Part shown: in pieces, positions 21,836 to 32,765 of the stretch
How the letters are laid out: every line of letters begins with the position of its first letter
Numbering within the stretch: position 1 is the stretch's first letter
From: Picochlorum sp. SENEW3
Taxonomy: Eukaryota
DNA: 64,000 bases
Direction: 5' to 3'
NCBI GenBank assembly: GCA_034226945.1
Contig: CP120458.1
Location: 248,001-312,000, forward strand
The notes under the pieces: generated by a model
What the model saw: the letters and a program-made list of their open reading frames with translations, nothing else
Databases searched by the model: none
Told to the model about the DNA's origin: nothing
Position numbers and translations under genes: made by a program

Positions 21836-23968
21836 CTACATGATGGAACATTTGATTCCTTGACCCTCTTCTCCCTTTTGTTTCTTTGATGATGAGTTTT
21901 TGGTCTCTGCATCCAGAGGCCTTGGTCTAAAACGAGACTTTTCCTTTCGTTTATTGATCACCAAATCTCTCTTTGCTTTGACGTCTTCCCGAAAAGCAGA
22001 ATATTCTTGAACATCTGCATCCTGGTACATCTCTGTGAGAAGAGGCAACCCAACATTGGAGGCAGTCTCTGCATCTTGAAATTCAATCAATGCCTTCAGA
22101 CCGTTCTCTAAAACAGTCACACGGACACCTGATAATCCCTTTTTCCCTAAATCCCGTGAGAGTTCGTTACCTCTGCGGACCTGAAGATGCTCGGGAATGT
22201 TTCTGACATAGATGATGTGCTGCCTCTGTGGTACATCTTCCTGGCCAGAGAATGCTGCATACTCCATATCAGATCGAGTCAGATGCATTTTCCATGCAAG
22301 TGACTCTATGACATCAAATCGCATCGATGACAATTGGCCGTCCTCTTCTTCGGAACTGCTGCTCTCAGCAATATCAGAGGCATGGGCAACCAGGCAAGCA
22401 AACACTGTGCCAGTCATAAATGCATCATATCCCGCCTCATGAGCAAGTTCTCCTGGAGCAATATGCGCATACTTGTCAAACCCCTGAGCATGTAATACAA
22501 GATCTTGACGCGGGCTCAGACTCACAGCCTCTGTGATGAGCCTTGATTCCTCTGATAGAAAATCTCCCACTGTCAACAAGTTGTACAGCGATCCCAGACC
22601 AGTATCGATTGGCTCTGAGCAGTTCTCAAATAACTTTTTCGCAATCAACTTTGTATCAAAGATACCACCAGGGAACTGCCACTGCACAAGTTTCCTATAC
22701 TCCTCCCACGAGGAAGGAAGAGGACAAACAAATGAATGAAGTGAATATGCTACATCAAACGAGTAATTGTGCCCCACAGCTGGTTTCCCTGATATTCTCA
22801 TCAAATCCAAAACTTCCGAAAACCCTGAAGCCTTAATAATAGCGTTTCGGCGCTGCTCCAATAGATCCTTCTCGCGCTGCGCCACCTCTTCTGATGATGC
22901 CCTGACCAATTTAATCATGGCTCTTCCATTCTCCCCATCAACCTTGTCTGTATAAAACCCAGGTGGATCACCATACCCAAACTGATCTTTACGCAACTCT
23001 TGATACTGCAACGCCCTCTGGTATGCATTTACCGGAGCCAAGAGTAATTCTGCAGAATCCTCATGAAGCAACCATGTCCTCACCATGACCCTCAAATCCG
23101 CAACCAGCATCTTATCTTCTTCAGCCATTGGCACAATCTCGTTTCGCCGTTGAGGCGACTCGATCATCTTGAGTTTCTTATCCCGTAAAGAACCAGGCAT
23201 GTATGATATCCCATCATGAACCCACTTATTGAAATCAAACTTGTGCTGACTCAGAAAATCCAAACTGCTTGCTTCACACAGAAACCGAGGCTGATACTCT
23301 TCAAAAGGCCTCGGAAAGGTGTAAAAGTTGAACGTTTTTGCTTGATATGATGATCCGTTCCATTCAAACGTGGACAACCCAAACTGATTAATCACAAACG
23401 CTTCGCTACTCTGCAGAATTTCTTCATATCTGTCCTCCATATCGTGCAAATACGCTGGAGGCTTTCCTTCAGCCAACCCATTTCTATCCGAGACAAACAA
23501 CCCAGTCATTTCACAATCAAATGCATAAAATTGACATGCATCAAGTGCCTCGCCAACGAGTGGCAGCGTCTCCCTGAAATTATGCCGAGTCACTTCCATA
23601 TCAACTGACTGGTATGAAAAGACTGTCAAACTCCTTCTTCTTGGCTGATGGCCAGGCCTCAGTAAAGTATGTATAGTCTGCTTTTTATTCTTGAAATCTG
23701 AATTCCTTCCTCTACTTGTGTGAGATGGCTGTAGTGAACAAGAATGTGATAACAATGCCAAGCTGCTTCTGCCTCTTCCTTCTGCTGTGGCAGGTATCAG
23801 ACAACAGCGGGGGTATTGTTGTTGTTGTTGTTGTCTACAGAATAGCCTCTGTGGATATCTATCACCAAGAATATAATTTCTATTGCAATAATTCGTAGTA
23901 TTTCTGTGTGAAATAACTGCCTGTAAAACCGCTCGACTCGTCCTCTGCGAAGACGAATGCAGTCTCAT
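21836..23968 (-). CDS. PARN: Poly(A)-specific ribonuclease (CAF1/DEDD family with R3H and RRM-like regions)
   Basis: MEVTRHNF, FYAFDCEMTGL, FDFNKWVHDGISY, VGHN, IFDTK and AHEAGYDAFMTG. Confidence 0.92.
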   Translation of the reverse strand: MRLHSSSQRTSRAVLQAVISHRNTTNYCNRNYILGDRYPQRLFCRQQQQQQYPRCCLIPATAEGRGRSSLALLSHSCSLQPSHTSRGRNSDFKNKKQTIHTLLRPGHQPRRRSLTVFSYQSVDMEVTRHNFRETLPLVGEALDACQFYAFDCEMTGLFVSDRNGLAEGKPPAYLHDMEDRYEEILQSSEAFVINQFGLSTFEWNGSSYQAKTFNFYTFPRPFEEYQPRFLCEASSLDFLSQHKFDFNKWVHDGISYMPGSLRDKKLKMIESPQRRNEIVPMAEEDKMLVADLRVMVRTWLLHEDSAELLLAPVNAYQRALQYQELRKDQFGYGDPPGFYTDKVDGENGRAMIKLVRASSEEVAQREKDLLEQRRNAIIKASGFSEVLDLMRISGKPAVGHNYSFDVAYSLHSFVCPLPSSWEEYRKLVQWQFPGGIFDTKLIAKKLFENCSEPIDTGLGSLYNLLTVGDFLSEESRLITEAVSLSPRQDLVLHAQGFDKYAHIAPGELAHEAGYDAFMTGTVFACLVAHASDIAESSSSEEEDGQLSSMRFDVIESLAWKMHLTRSDMEYAAFSGQEDVPQRQHIIYVRNIPEHLQVRRGNELSRDLGKKGLSGVRVTVLENGLKALIEFQDAETASNVGLPLLTEMYQDADVQEYSAFREDVKAKRDLVINKRKEKSRFRPRPLDAETKNSSSKKQKGEEGQGIKCSIM

Positions 23969-24141
23969 GGATATCTCTCAGATGGCAACACAGCGATTGC
24001 TATTTGTTCAAGTACACATGCATATATATAGTTTTTATAAAGTACAAATAAAGAATACCATGACTGGCCCAGTGGTGGTATGGATCACACACAAGAAATA
24101 ATAATATGCTATGGCAAGATGCAAGAAGAAAAACAGACACA

Positions 24142-25872
24142 TCACCACATCTTTTCGATTTCTTCAAGGCTCTTTCCTTTCGTCTCTGGTACAGTTGCAT
24201 AAATAGTATACAGGGCCACGCATCCGATAGCACAGAATGCAAAGTACAAGCCTGCAGGGCCTAGGGTCTCCTGCAGGGATGGTATACATAGACTGACAAC
24301 AAAGTTACTGGCAAAGTTTGTCAATGTTGCCAAGGCGAGTGCTTGTCCTCGTATGGAGAGTGGAAATACCTCACCGACGATGAGCCATGATATTGGTCCG
24401 AATGAGACCTGGTAGGCTCCTACATACAAGAGCAAAGCGACAACATTGGCCCAAATGCTACTTTCAGGAGAAGATGGCACTAGTTGACCAGACTGCACAC
24501 ATCCTAGTACGAACAAGGAAAAGACGATACCAGAGACACCAAGTAATAGCAATGGGCGTCGTCCCCATGAATCGACAGTGGCCACAGCAACGCCTGTGGT
24601 GACTAATTTGAAGAGACCCAAAACAACAGAGATGCCAGTGGCAGAGTCTGCGCTGCCAAAACCTGCATCTTGGAATATCTTTGCCGCATAATATAATACA
24701 GATGGCTGCCCAGTAATCTGCTGAAATAACATGAGAGATAATCCCACTGATAAAGGTTTTCTATACTTTTTTTCTGACAGCAACAACAGGGCATTGTTGT
24801 TGTTCTTGTCTGACAATCCTCCTTGCTGAGCTGCATTCATGTCAATGGCTGCCTGCATGTCTGCGATTTCTTTATTCAAAATACTATCATCATTTTCCTT
24901 CTTCTGAATAATGCTACTAGTAACTCGTCCAGCACCGAGGGTGCGCCGCAGCGCCTCTCTCGCATCATCTGCCTTGCCTCGCAGCAAGAGCCACCGAGGA
25001 GATTCTGGCAAATACAGCATCCCACATACAAGGATGAATCCCAGTGGCACAGCATCCCCATAGATACTTCTCCACCCACCCAAGGTAGATACTTCCAGAT
25101 AGGATACAAGATAGCCTAGCAAAATACCAGTCACTATAAACGCCTCCTTCATAGATATAAGCACACCCCTCACAGATGCAGGACTCGTCTCTGCAATATA
25201 TGCTGGTGCAGCATGCATTGAAAACCCTATTCCAAGCCCATATAAAAGCCTTCCTAATAAGACTATTGTCAATCCATACTCATTCTCTGGAGACGCAAAG
25301 ACCAATCCAGCCCCCGCCATGTACAGCAACCCCCCCAGAATGAGTTCCTTCCTCCTCCCCAAATCATCTCCCCACACAAATGCCAACCCAGACCCCAACA
25401 GCGCCCCTCCCAACGACAGACTCACCACAAGACCCGTATCTGTCGTAGACAATGCATACCAATCAGTCCCACTCAACTCTGGACTCGTCATGGATAATAA
25501 TGCCCCGCTCGTTGCCCCAATGTCATACCCAAACAGCAACCCACCCAGAGCTGGAAATACAAAGAATACCAGCGTATTCACCCAATCTATCGATGATTCT
25601 TGGCTAGTAGTAGTAGATGAATCTTCTTCTATCATTGTTGAATCAGTGGTTGTATTGTCGTTCTCTTTGGCATGTGGAATACTAATACTGATGATTCGGG
25701 ACCTCGATCCGACGATACAGGAATTCCTCTTCTTCTTCTTCTTCCTGTTGGCAGCATTATTGCTTCCAAGACTACTAATACCAACTAATATATCACTAGC
25801 ATATGATCTCTGAGGCGATCGTATGAATACACGACTGTGTCTAACAAAAGCAGCAGCAGCAGCGAGAGACAT
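24142..25872 (-). CDS. Sugar porter (MFS), plastidic D-xylose-proton symporter-like 3/VGT clade
   Basis: FPALGGLLFGYDIGATSGA, MHAAPAYIAET, FQQITGQPSVLYYA, YQVSFGPISWLIVGEVFP and PETKGKSLEEIE; N-terminal transit peptide. Confidence 0.9.
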   Translation of the reverse strand: MSLAAAAAFVRHSRVFIRSPQRSYASDILVGISSLGSNNAANRKKKKKRNSCIVGSRSRIISISIPHAKENDNTTTDSTMIEEDSSTTTSQESSIDWVNTLVFFVFPALGGLLFGYDIGATSGALLSMTSPELSGTDWYALSTTDTGLVVSLSLGGALLGSGLAFVWGDDLGRRKELILGGLLYMAGAGLVFASPENEYGLTIVLLGRLLYGLGIGFSMHAAPAYIAETSPASVRGVLISMKEAFIVTGILLGYLVSYLEVSTLGGWRSIYGDAVPLGFILVCGMLYLPESPRWLLLRGKADDAREALRRTLGAGRVTSSIIQKKENDDSILNKEIADMQAAIDMNAAQQGGLSDKNNNNALLLLSEKKYRKPLSVGLSLMLFQQITGQPSVLYYAAKIFQDAGFGSADSATGISVVLGLFKLVTTGVAVATVDSWGRRPLLLLGVSGIVFSLFVLGCVQSGQLVPSSPESSIWANVVALLLYVGAYQVSFGPISWLIVGEVFPLSIRGQALALATLTNFASNFVVSLCIPSLQETLGPAGLYFAFCAIGCVALYTIYATVPETKGKSLEEIEKMW

Positions 25873-26435
25873 GTCAACACACGTTGTTGAACAATGTAGA
25901 AGTTTCTTATGATATATACACTTTCAATCACTCTCCTGGTACTTATCAAGTGATTGAAAACGTATAGATGAATTCCTTACGTGGCAAGAATACGGAATCA
26001 AGGTTTGAATAGAACCTCTCCCAAATTACGACACCTATTTAGGTGCAAGCTTGCACTGCGCATGCGCTCACACGTGAGTCCATGAAAGAAAGACATCCAG
26101 GGATTTCTCTTGTTATAATTGTTATAATTGGAACGCAGATTGATACTTTCTGCAGTAATGAACTCTGACTTATGATTTGCGACGTATATTGCATCAATAT
26201 CAGTAGTGTCCCTCTTGTGCTTGTTCTTGTTCTCCACGTCCCTGCCACCGCTGTAAATCAATATAGGGTGAACAATACTATTCGCGATCACGTATGAGAC
26301 AGGGAAAAATGATTCTTTTACTACTGTACTGTAGTATCCGATCCATGTTGCGGTGGGCTTGTTGACAAGGCAAAGAGCGTGTCTTTTGGCAGTAGGTAGA
26401 GGTGGTTCATACACTCCTCAAATCTTCGTGGATAG

Positions 26436-27658
26436 ATGGAAATGCTTAGCACTGCCTGCAGCTCCTCCACAATCTGCATTGCATTCATTATACTTTTTCT
26501 TTTTGCTGTGCCGCTGTACATGTATATGGGTGAGACTGCAGGACTTGTCACAAAGCATTATAAAGAGGAGTTGTTATTCAAGAATAGTAACATCTTCAGG
26601 CCGCCTGAACGTCGCTCGTATTCCGGAAACGAGTTGGTTTCAAAGGAATTGAATTCACTTTTCGAGGAACATGCTGGTGCGAATGTATCGGTGTGCACTT
26701 CGGAAGAATGGGTTGATATGACACTGTCATACTGGGGGTTGATGTACTTGGCCCCAGAGTCAAATTTGGATGAGAAGGATTTGAATACATTCTTAAATCC
26801 TCTGGGTCCAATCGGCACGATTAAAATGGATTCACCGGATGGCCTCCGACACGTAAGTTTCCTGCAGAGGAGGCCGCATAGAATAGAGATTTTCCAGTCC
26901 AACAAAGCAACACTAGTCTTACCAAGTTGGTGTAGAATGTGGCCATATCCGGCTGATAATTGCAAGTGGCAGCAATATACGTCGGCTATTTTGAGCGGAA
27001 ACAAGTTGTGCTTTTGGCCAAGCATACCCAAGCAGGAAGGCGCCATAGATTCTGCTGTTCATCTGAACACAACCGTCTGGGCGAGCAAATTTGGAGGCAA
27101 CGGTACCAAAGTGGATCAGATCATGGTTGCAGGTGGCTTCTTTGATAACTTCTGGCATGCAGCAGCTATTTTCAACACATGGTGCAATATCAAGCATCAG
27201 AAAGATGTGCATTTCTTAGTACAAAGCGAGAGCATGCCATCGTTTGTCCCAATTGTAGCAAATGCATTAGGCATACAGAGAAGCAGAATGATCCAAGCCG
27301 GAACATCCCGGAAGACATCCATCATCAGTTTGTGTCGGTTCTCTCACACACATTTAAACATCTACAGGTGAAAACATTCTCAGGAAATGAAATATTCGAG
27401 GACACAAGGGAACTTTTTCAGAGGGCCAGAGTTGTTGTTGGTCCTCACGGTGCAGGAATGGTCAATCTTGTATTTTGCAAAGAGGGCACACCTGTGATTG
27501 AATTTACCGTACATTCTTTGTTAGATCGACCATGGCAGGCAATGGGTGCACAAAGTTTCGGGTTGAAATGGTGGCCTGTTCTATTGAAAAATTTCAGTTC
27601 AGCTGATGAAATCACAGCATCCGTCTCCATCGTCAAGCATGCTCTGGCGCTGTCCTAG
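26436..27658 (+). CDS. Glycosyltransferase family 61 (DUF563)-like type II membrane protein, apparently frameshifted near 27295
   Basis: Frame 1 has the TM anchor, DNFWH and ALGIQRSRMI. Frame 2 has SRNIPED..., VVVGPHGAGMVNLVFCKEGTPVIEF. No clean intron joins them. Confidence 0.7.
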
Positions 27659-27821
27659 ATGTGTCTGCAAACATATTTACACAACTGTAGAATTATTTGC
27701 GGCAACCAACACTTCCAATTCGTTATTTATATATATCATAGTACATTAGAACTATACAGCCTTCTCTATCGTATCGGATAGCCATGATATAGCGTTTTTC
27801 TCAAGAGTGGCATTTCTTACC

Positions 27822-28991
27822 ATGGCTAAACACAACCCAAAGGATACGATGAGCAACGAAGAAATAACTCCAGAGTACAATGACAATATCAAACAAAAGT
27901 CTCAATTAGTATCCGATGGAGAACCCGGTCCTTCACGAGCAGCAGCAAGAACAGCAACAAGAGAAGGACGAATGCCCCCTCCGTTTCATGTCGACGACGA
28001 CAACTCAGAAGAAGAAGTAGATCAGATATGCGTCGAGATGGCTTCAGATTTAGGATTTTCAGATACTCAGTTGGAAAAGACATTTCAGAGAATGTATATG
28101 GAGTCTCAGAGGAAATTGGATGTCCAATTTCACATTGCAAGATCAATGGCTTGGGCTGCTGTCGGTATTCGGATGCTCTCTGATATGTCGAATCGGTTCC
28201 TTTCTCACTATATTCAGAGTGGTATTGTTCTTTTCGGTGCGGTGACGACGCTGTTTCCTGGGTATGCGTATCAGTTGTTACGGAATGTTGAGTATCACAG
28301 GTATAGGCCTGTGGTGGTGATGCTGGATAATGTGCTGCAAGTGGTGCTTGGGTGCTTTACGCACGATCAGATCTATCCAGAGCCTCAGGATATTGCATCA
28401 TGGAGATTTGCGTCTCCATTTAGAGCTGTGGCGGTGTTTGTGACGGGGAGCGGGGTGGCCTGGTTGAACATGTCTGCCCTGTTGGGAAGTCTGACCTTTC
28501 GATTTGCTTGGATTCAGCAAATCCTTCTGGTGGCCATCATGATGCTCTCCTCTCCCGAGATGTGTTCGAGGTCGTATAGTCTTCAGAAGGCACATATTCA
28601 TGTTATGGCTCGGATTGTGAATCTGTTCAAAAGGATCATGGGAGCGAATCAAGCATCAAGCATTATAGGAGAGGACCATGTGGCTGTTCAGGCCTGGACC
28701 TGTGTATACGGAGAGGAGAGTGCCTGCCAGCTGGATGCAGAACATGCATGCCTGGTTGGCCAAACCGGCGTCCTGCTGCTTGCTGGATTCATCTTTCCAA
28801 CCCTCTACCTCTTTACCCAAGAATTAACCATGAGGAAGAGATTTTTACAGCAGAATTTTCAGTACTCTCCTCATCAGAAGATTGTATTGACTCCTGTAGA
28901 GCCAGGACTGCTGCATTATGCTGCTTTTGCAGTCCCAACAGTGGCTATGCTCTACTTTTATTGGACCAATTTCTCTACATTACATCATTAA
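27822..28991 (+). CDS. Multi-pass membrane protein of unknown function
   Basis: About 389 aa ORF with 6-7 hydrophobic segments, filling the intergenic space. Confidence 0.75.
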   Translation: MAKHNPKDTMSNEEITPEYNDNIKQKSQLVSDGEPGPSRAAARTATREGRMPPPFHVDDDNSEEEVDQICVEMASDLGFSDTQLEKTFQRMYMESQRKLDVQFHIARSMAWAAVGIRMLSDMSNRFLSHYIQSGIVLFGAVTTLFPGYAYQLLRNVEYHRYRPVVVMLDNVLQVVLGCFTHDQIYPEPQDIASWRFASPFRAVAVFVTGSGVAWLNMSALLGSLTFRFAWIQQILLVAIMMLSSPEMCSRSYSLQKAHIHVMARIVNLFKRIMGANQASSIIGEDHVAVQAWTCVYGEESACQLDAEHACLVGQTGVLLLAGFIFPTLYLFTQELTMRKRFLQQNFQYSPHQKIVLTPVEPGLLHYAAFAVPTVAMLYFYWTNFSTLHH

Positions 28992-29229
28992 GGTAGATGA
29001 CATTGACTTTTAATGTCTCTGTAGAGATCCACCACATCGGTGTGACTCCATGGCAATGTTCCATGAAGAAGAAGAAGAAGAAGGAAATGATGATGTAGTC
29101 GCTTGTATCATATATTGCTGATATTATAGTACTGTAAGAAGAAGAAGAAGGTATTATTATTATTTTGAGATCACAAACAAAGGTAGAAGTAAACACAGTA
29201 CTCAAGTAGCGCTGCGCTGAGATCAATGC

Positions 29230-30187
29230 ATGGCCAACACTACCAGGCAGTGGATCTCTCTCCAAGAACAAGAGAAACGCGACAATCTTCATTGCTTTCA
29301 TATCAATGATAATAATAAAGGGGTTTTCTCGTGCTTTAATTGGAATATTCTTTCCTCCAAGTATGCCAGCGAGCACGCTGGCCACTGTCCCTCGGAATTC
29401 CTTACTACAGAATATAGGATCCAATTGATCCTTGATGAGCTCGATAGATGCAATGCTGACATCATATGTCTCCAGGAGGTGGATGAAGAAGATGTATTTC
29501 ATGCCCATATACAGCCATGGGCAATGGCCAAGGGGTACCAGGTGGGAGGGTTTCTTGTATGCCCAAGTGACTCACAGGGTGTTGTACTCTTGTATACATC
29601 ATCAACCTTTGTGTGCCTTGAATCAATCATCATTCGATATGCGGATATTGATGATACAGCATTATGTCACGGATACGAAGAGGGTGCTGTTCTATTGAAG
29701 CTGGAAATGCGTGCAAATGGGATTTCCAGCCATCTGTGCATTGCTGGCACCCATCTGTACTGGAATCCTGCTCGGCCCGAGGTGAAGAGGAGACAGGCCG
29801 AGATACTCAAAGAGGCCTGTATGAGGTTTTCTTCAGAATCAAATACCACGACGATCATCATCATGGGAGACTTGAATGACCTGCCTGGAACCCAATCCTG
29901 TGGTGTACAGGCTGCCTTGCCCAGTGACATGACAAGCGCCATGGATACATGTCTGGGAGGCATAGAACCCCCACCAACAACATCCACCCCATGGTTTACA
30001 GGATGCTTGGACTATATATATTACACCCACACAACCCTTGAGTGCTGTGCCTACTGGGCATCATCATCATCATCATTTTTGGATAAAGATGGTGTCAGAG
30101 TCCTCCTTCCAGACCAATATTGGTTGTATATACAACCCATCCGATCACATTCCAATTGCTGTTCGATTCCGTATACCAAAGTTCTGA
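29230..30187 (+). CDS. CCR4/nocturnin-like EEP-family nuclease/phosphatase with a frameshift just before the terminal PSDH motif
   Basis: FNWNILS, ADIICLQEVD, THLYWNP, MGDLND and FTGCLDYIYY. PSDHIPIAVRFRIPKF-stop lies in another frame at 30137-30187. Confidence 0.82.
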
Positions 30188-30544
30188 ATAGATCTGTTCC
30201 ATCACATATATGTATTAAATTATTAAAATATTTAATATTACTGATCAGGTATGGGTTCAAGATTCGTCTATTAATACAGTAGTTGTTGTTGCAAATTCTG
30301 GCGTGATCTTGACAACGCCCCAGAAGGGCTAGATATATCCTTGATTCTGCTACTAGTAGTATATCTATCGCATGAGTATCTCCACTTTACCTATGTATAT
30401 ATGAGTATGCTGCTCCCGAGAAGAAGAAAGAAAGAAGACGAAGAAGAAATTTGCGATGGAGACAATTTCACACTGACCAACATTCTGCTGCTGCTGTTGC
30501 ATGCAGGAAGGAAAAAGAATTTTCTTTGTCTTTATCATTCAAGT

Positions 30545-31600
30545 ATGGGAAACGTATGCTCTGGTAGTAGATCTACTGATCAAGAGCACAGGACTGAACA
30601 CAGTTCCAAAGCGGTTGGAAGACAGCCAACGTTTAGCAAAGTACATGCTCGTCTTCGACAGGATTGCAAGGTGAGGGATGCGTACAAGATTGGAAAGACA
30701 GTTGGCACTGGTGGGTTCTCAATCGTCAAGATGGTGACGGATCGAGAAACGGGGGAGGTGATGGCATGCAAGATTATGACTCTGCCCCCAGAGGGGGCCA
30801 AGGCTGCTGATGGGGAGAGCACTCGGAGCGATATTTTCAAAGAGATAGATATCATCATGTCCTTGAGGCATGATAATATTATTTATATGAAAGAATACTT
30901 TGAGGAGAATGGGCGTGTGTATGTGATTATGGAGTATCTTCCTGGTGGAGAATTGTTGGAAGCCTTGTTGGGCAAGGAAAAGGGGAGTGATGGCAAGGAG
31001 CCCCACTACTCTGAAGAGGATGCGAGAATAATCTTTTCTCAGTTGATTGAAGCTGTGCATTACATGCACGATAAGCAAATTGTTCACAGAGATTTGAAGC
31101 TGGAGAATATGCTGCTGCAGAAGCCGAATGATATCAATTCCATCAAGATTGCAGACTTTGGCTTGGCCAAAAAGTACGGCCAGGCAGCGCTGAGTACAAT
31201 CTGCGGTACGCCCCAGTATGTCGCACCAGAGGTTATCAAAGGAGGAAGTACACCGTATACATATGGAAAAGAGTGTGATTTATGGAGCTGCGGAGTCATT
31301 CTGTTCATCCTGTTGGGTGGATACCCCCCATTCTATGATGATTCAGAGCCACGATTGTTCAGAAAGATTCGACAGGGCAAGCCTGATATGGATGATCCAG
31401 TGTGGGATGAGGTCTCTACAGAAGCCAAGGATTTGATCATGAAACTGCTTATCGTTGATCCAGAGAAGCGATTGACTGTTGAAGGTGTTTTAGAGCATCC
31501 TTGGATGAATCCAAAGCATACTGGAAGCAGAAAGGATTTGCTCAAGACCATGTCCAAGATGAAGACAAGTTTCAAAACAAAACAATTACAAGCTACCTGA
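30545..31600 (+). CDS. CaMK1-like Ser/Thr kinase, N-terminally acylated (MGNVCS), no EF-hands
   Basis: GTGGFSIV, MACK, HRDLKLEN, DFG, CGTPQYVAPE and DLWSCGVILFILLGGYPPF. Confidence 0.93.
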   Translation: MGNVCSGSRSTDQEHRTEHSSKAVGRQPTFSKVHARLRQDCKVRDAYKIGKTVGTGGFSIVKMVTDRETGEVMACKIMTLPPEGAKAADGESTRSDIFKEIDIIMSLRHDNIIYMKEYFEENGRVYVIMEYLPGGELLEALLGKEKGSDGKEPHYSEEDARIIFSQLIEAVHYMHDKQIVHRDLKLENMLLQKPNDINSIKIADFGLAKKYGQAALSTICGTPQYVAPEVIKGGSTPYTYGKECDLWSCGVILFILLGGYPPFYDDSEPRLFRKIRQGKPDMDDPVWDEVSTEAKDLIMKLLIVDPEKRLTVEGVLEHPWMNPKHTGSRKDLLKTMSKMKTSFKTKQLQAT

Positions 31601-31720
31601 TTACTAGGATTTATTCACTCATTCGTTGTTTTTTTAAAGTTGTAGTAGTAGTACGTGAATGGAATCCATGTGATCTTTCTCTGTCGAATCGAGTCGATCA
31701 ATACAATTTCTAAGTTGGTC

Positions 31721-32740
31721 ATGTCTACAGAAGAATCTTCGACGTGGGAAGCGTATTTCTCACAAAAGGTTCGATACAGATGTGAACATCGTGATATAGA
31801 ATTTAATATTTATATTTCATTGCCTATTGATGAGATTCAAGGGAATGATACGCCAGTTGTGCTCTGTCTTCACGGTGCTGGGTATTCGGGTTTGACTTTT
31901 GCACCGCTGACGAGAGCGATTGCCAAGGAATGTCCTCAGTGTTGCATTGTTGCGCCTGATCTGAGGGGTCATGGGGATACACGGGCTTTGGATGAGGCGG
32001 ATATGTCTGCACAGACCCTCGTAGAGGATGTGGGAGCATTGCACAGTCATCTCAGGCATGATTGCAACATGTCTGGTCCCCTGATTCTGGTAGGATGGAG
32101 CATGGGAGCGGCGATTGCGGTCAAGTATGCTTGCAGTACAGATGATATATCAGGCCTTGTTGCTATTGATGTGGTTGAAGGGACGGCGCTTGGCTCTCTT
32201 AGGACAATGTCAGGAGTGTTGCAGCAGAGGCCCAAGGGCTTTGCATGCATGTCAGATGCAGTGGCCTGGGCATTGAATAGTGGAACGTCAAGACGTGAAG
32301 AATCGGCCACGATATCAATACCAGGAATGTTGAAGTGCTGTAATAGTGATGTTGAAGGACAACGAAGGGAGGATAAAGATGTATTGAGGCCTCATGGGGG
32401 GCTTGGCAGAATTGCAGAGGGCCCATCATCAGAATCACTGGAAGACAAAGAAGGAATCTCAAACTACAGATATACCTGGAGAGTTGATCTGGCTCGATCT
32501 GAACCCCATTGGGAGGGATGGTTCAAGGGCCTGTCCCAGGCATTTTTGGATGTACCATGCCCAAAGGTTCTGGTGCTGGCAGGGACTGACAGGTTGGACA
32601 AGACGCTGATGATTGCTCACATGCAGGGGAAGTTCCAGCTCAATGTCATACCAAACTCTGGTCACGCGGTGCATGAAGATCAACCAGAGTTGGTGGCTGA
32701 TACAATTACGAATTTTATGACACGGTATAAAATTACATGA
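31721..32740 (+). CDS. PPME1: Protein phosphatase methylesterase 1 (alpha/beta hydrolase)
   Basis: CLHGAGYSGLTF, DLRGHG, GWSMG, IDVVEGTA, LAGTDRLDKTLMIAHMQGKFQ and GHAVHED. Confidence 0.92.
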   Translation: MSTEESSTWEAYFSQKVRYRCEHRDIEFNIYISLPIDEIQGNDTPVVLCLHGAGYSGLTFAPLTRAIAKECPQCCIVAPDLRGHGDTRALDEADMSAQTLVEDVGALHSHLRHDCNMSGPLILVGWSMGAAIAVKYACSTDDISGLVAIDVVEGTALGSLRTMSGVLQQRPKGFACMSDAVAWALNSGTSRREESATISIPGMLKCCNSDVEGQRREDKDVLRPHGGLGRIAEGPSSESLEDKEGISNYRYTWRVDLARSEPHWEGWFKGLSQAFLDVPCPKVLVLAGTDRLDKTLMIAHMQGKFQLNVIPNSGHAVHEDQPELVADTITNFMTRYKIT

Positions 32741-32765
32741 CAAATGCTACTACAATTGAAATTTT

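Noticed and set aside
30341..30544. Long N-terminal extension of the kinase (similarly ORF-track starts at 2787, 31655, 36750, 49380, 56310)
   Set aside because: These come from alternative or upstream start calls in UTR-like sequence. MGNVCS is the natural acylated start.
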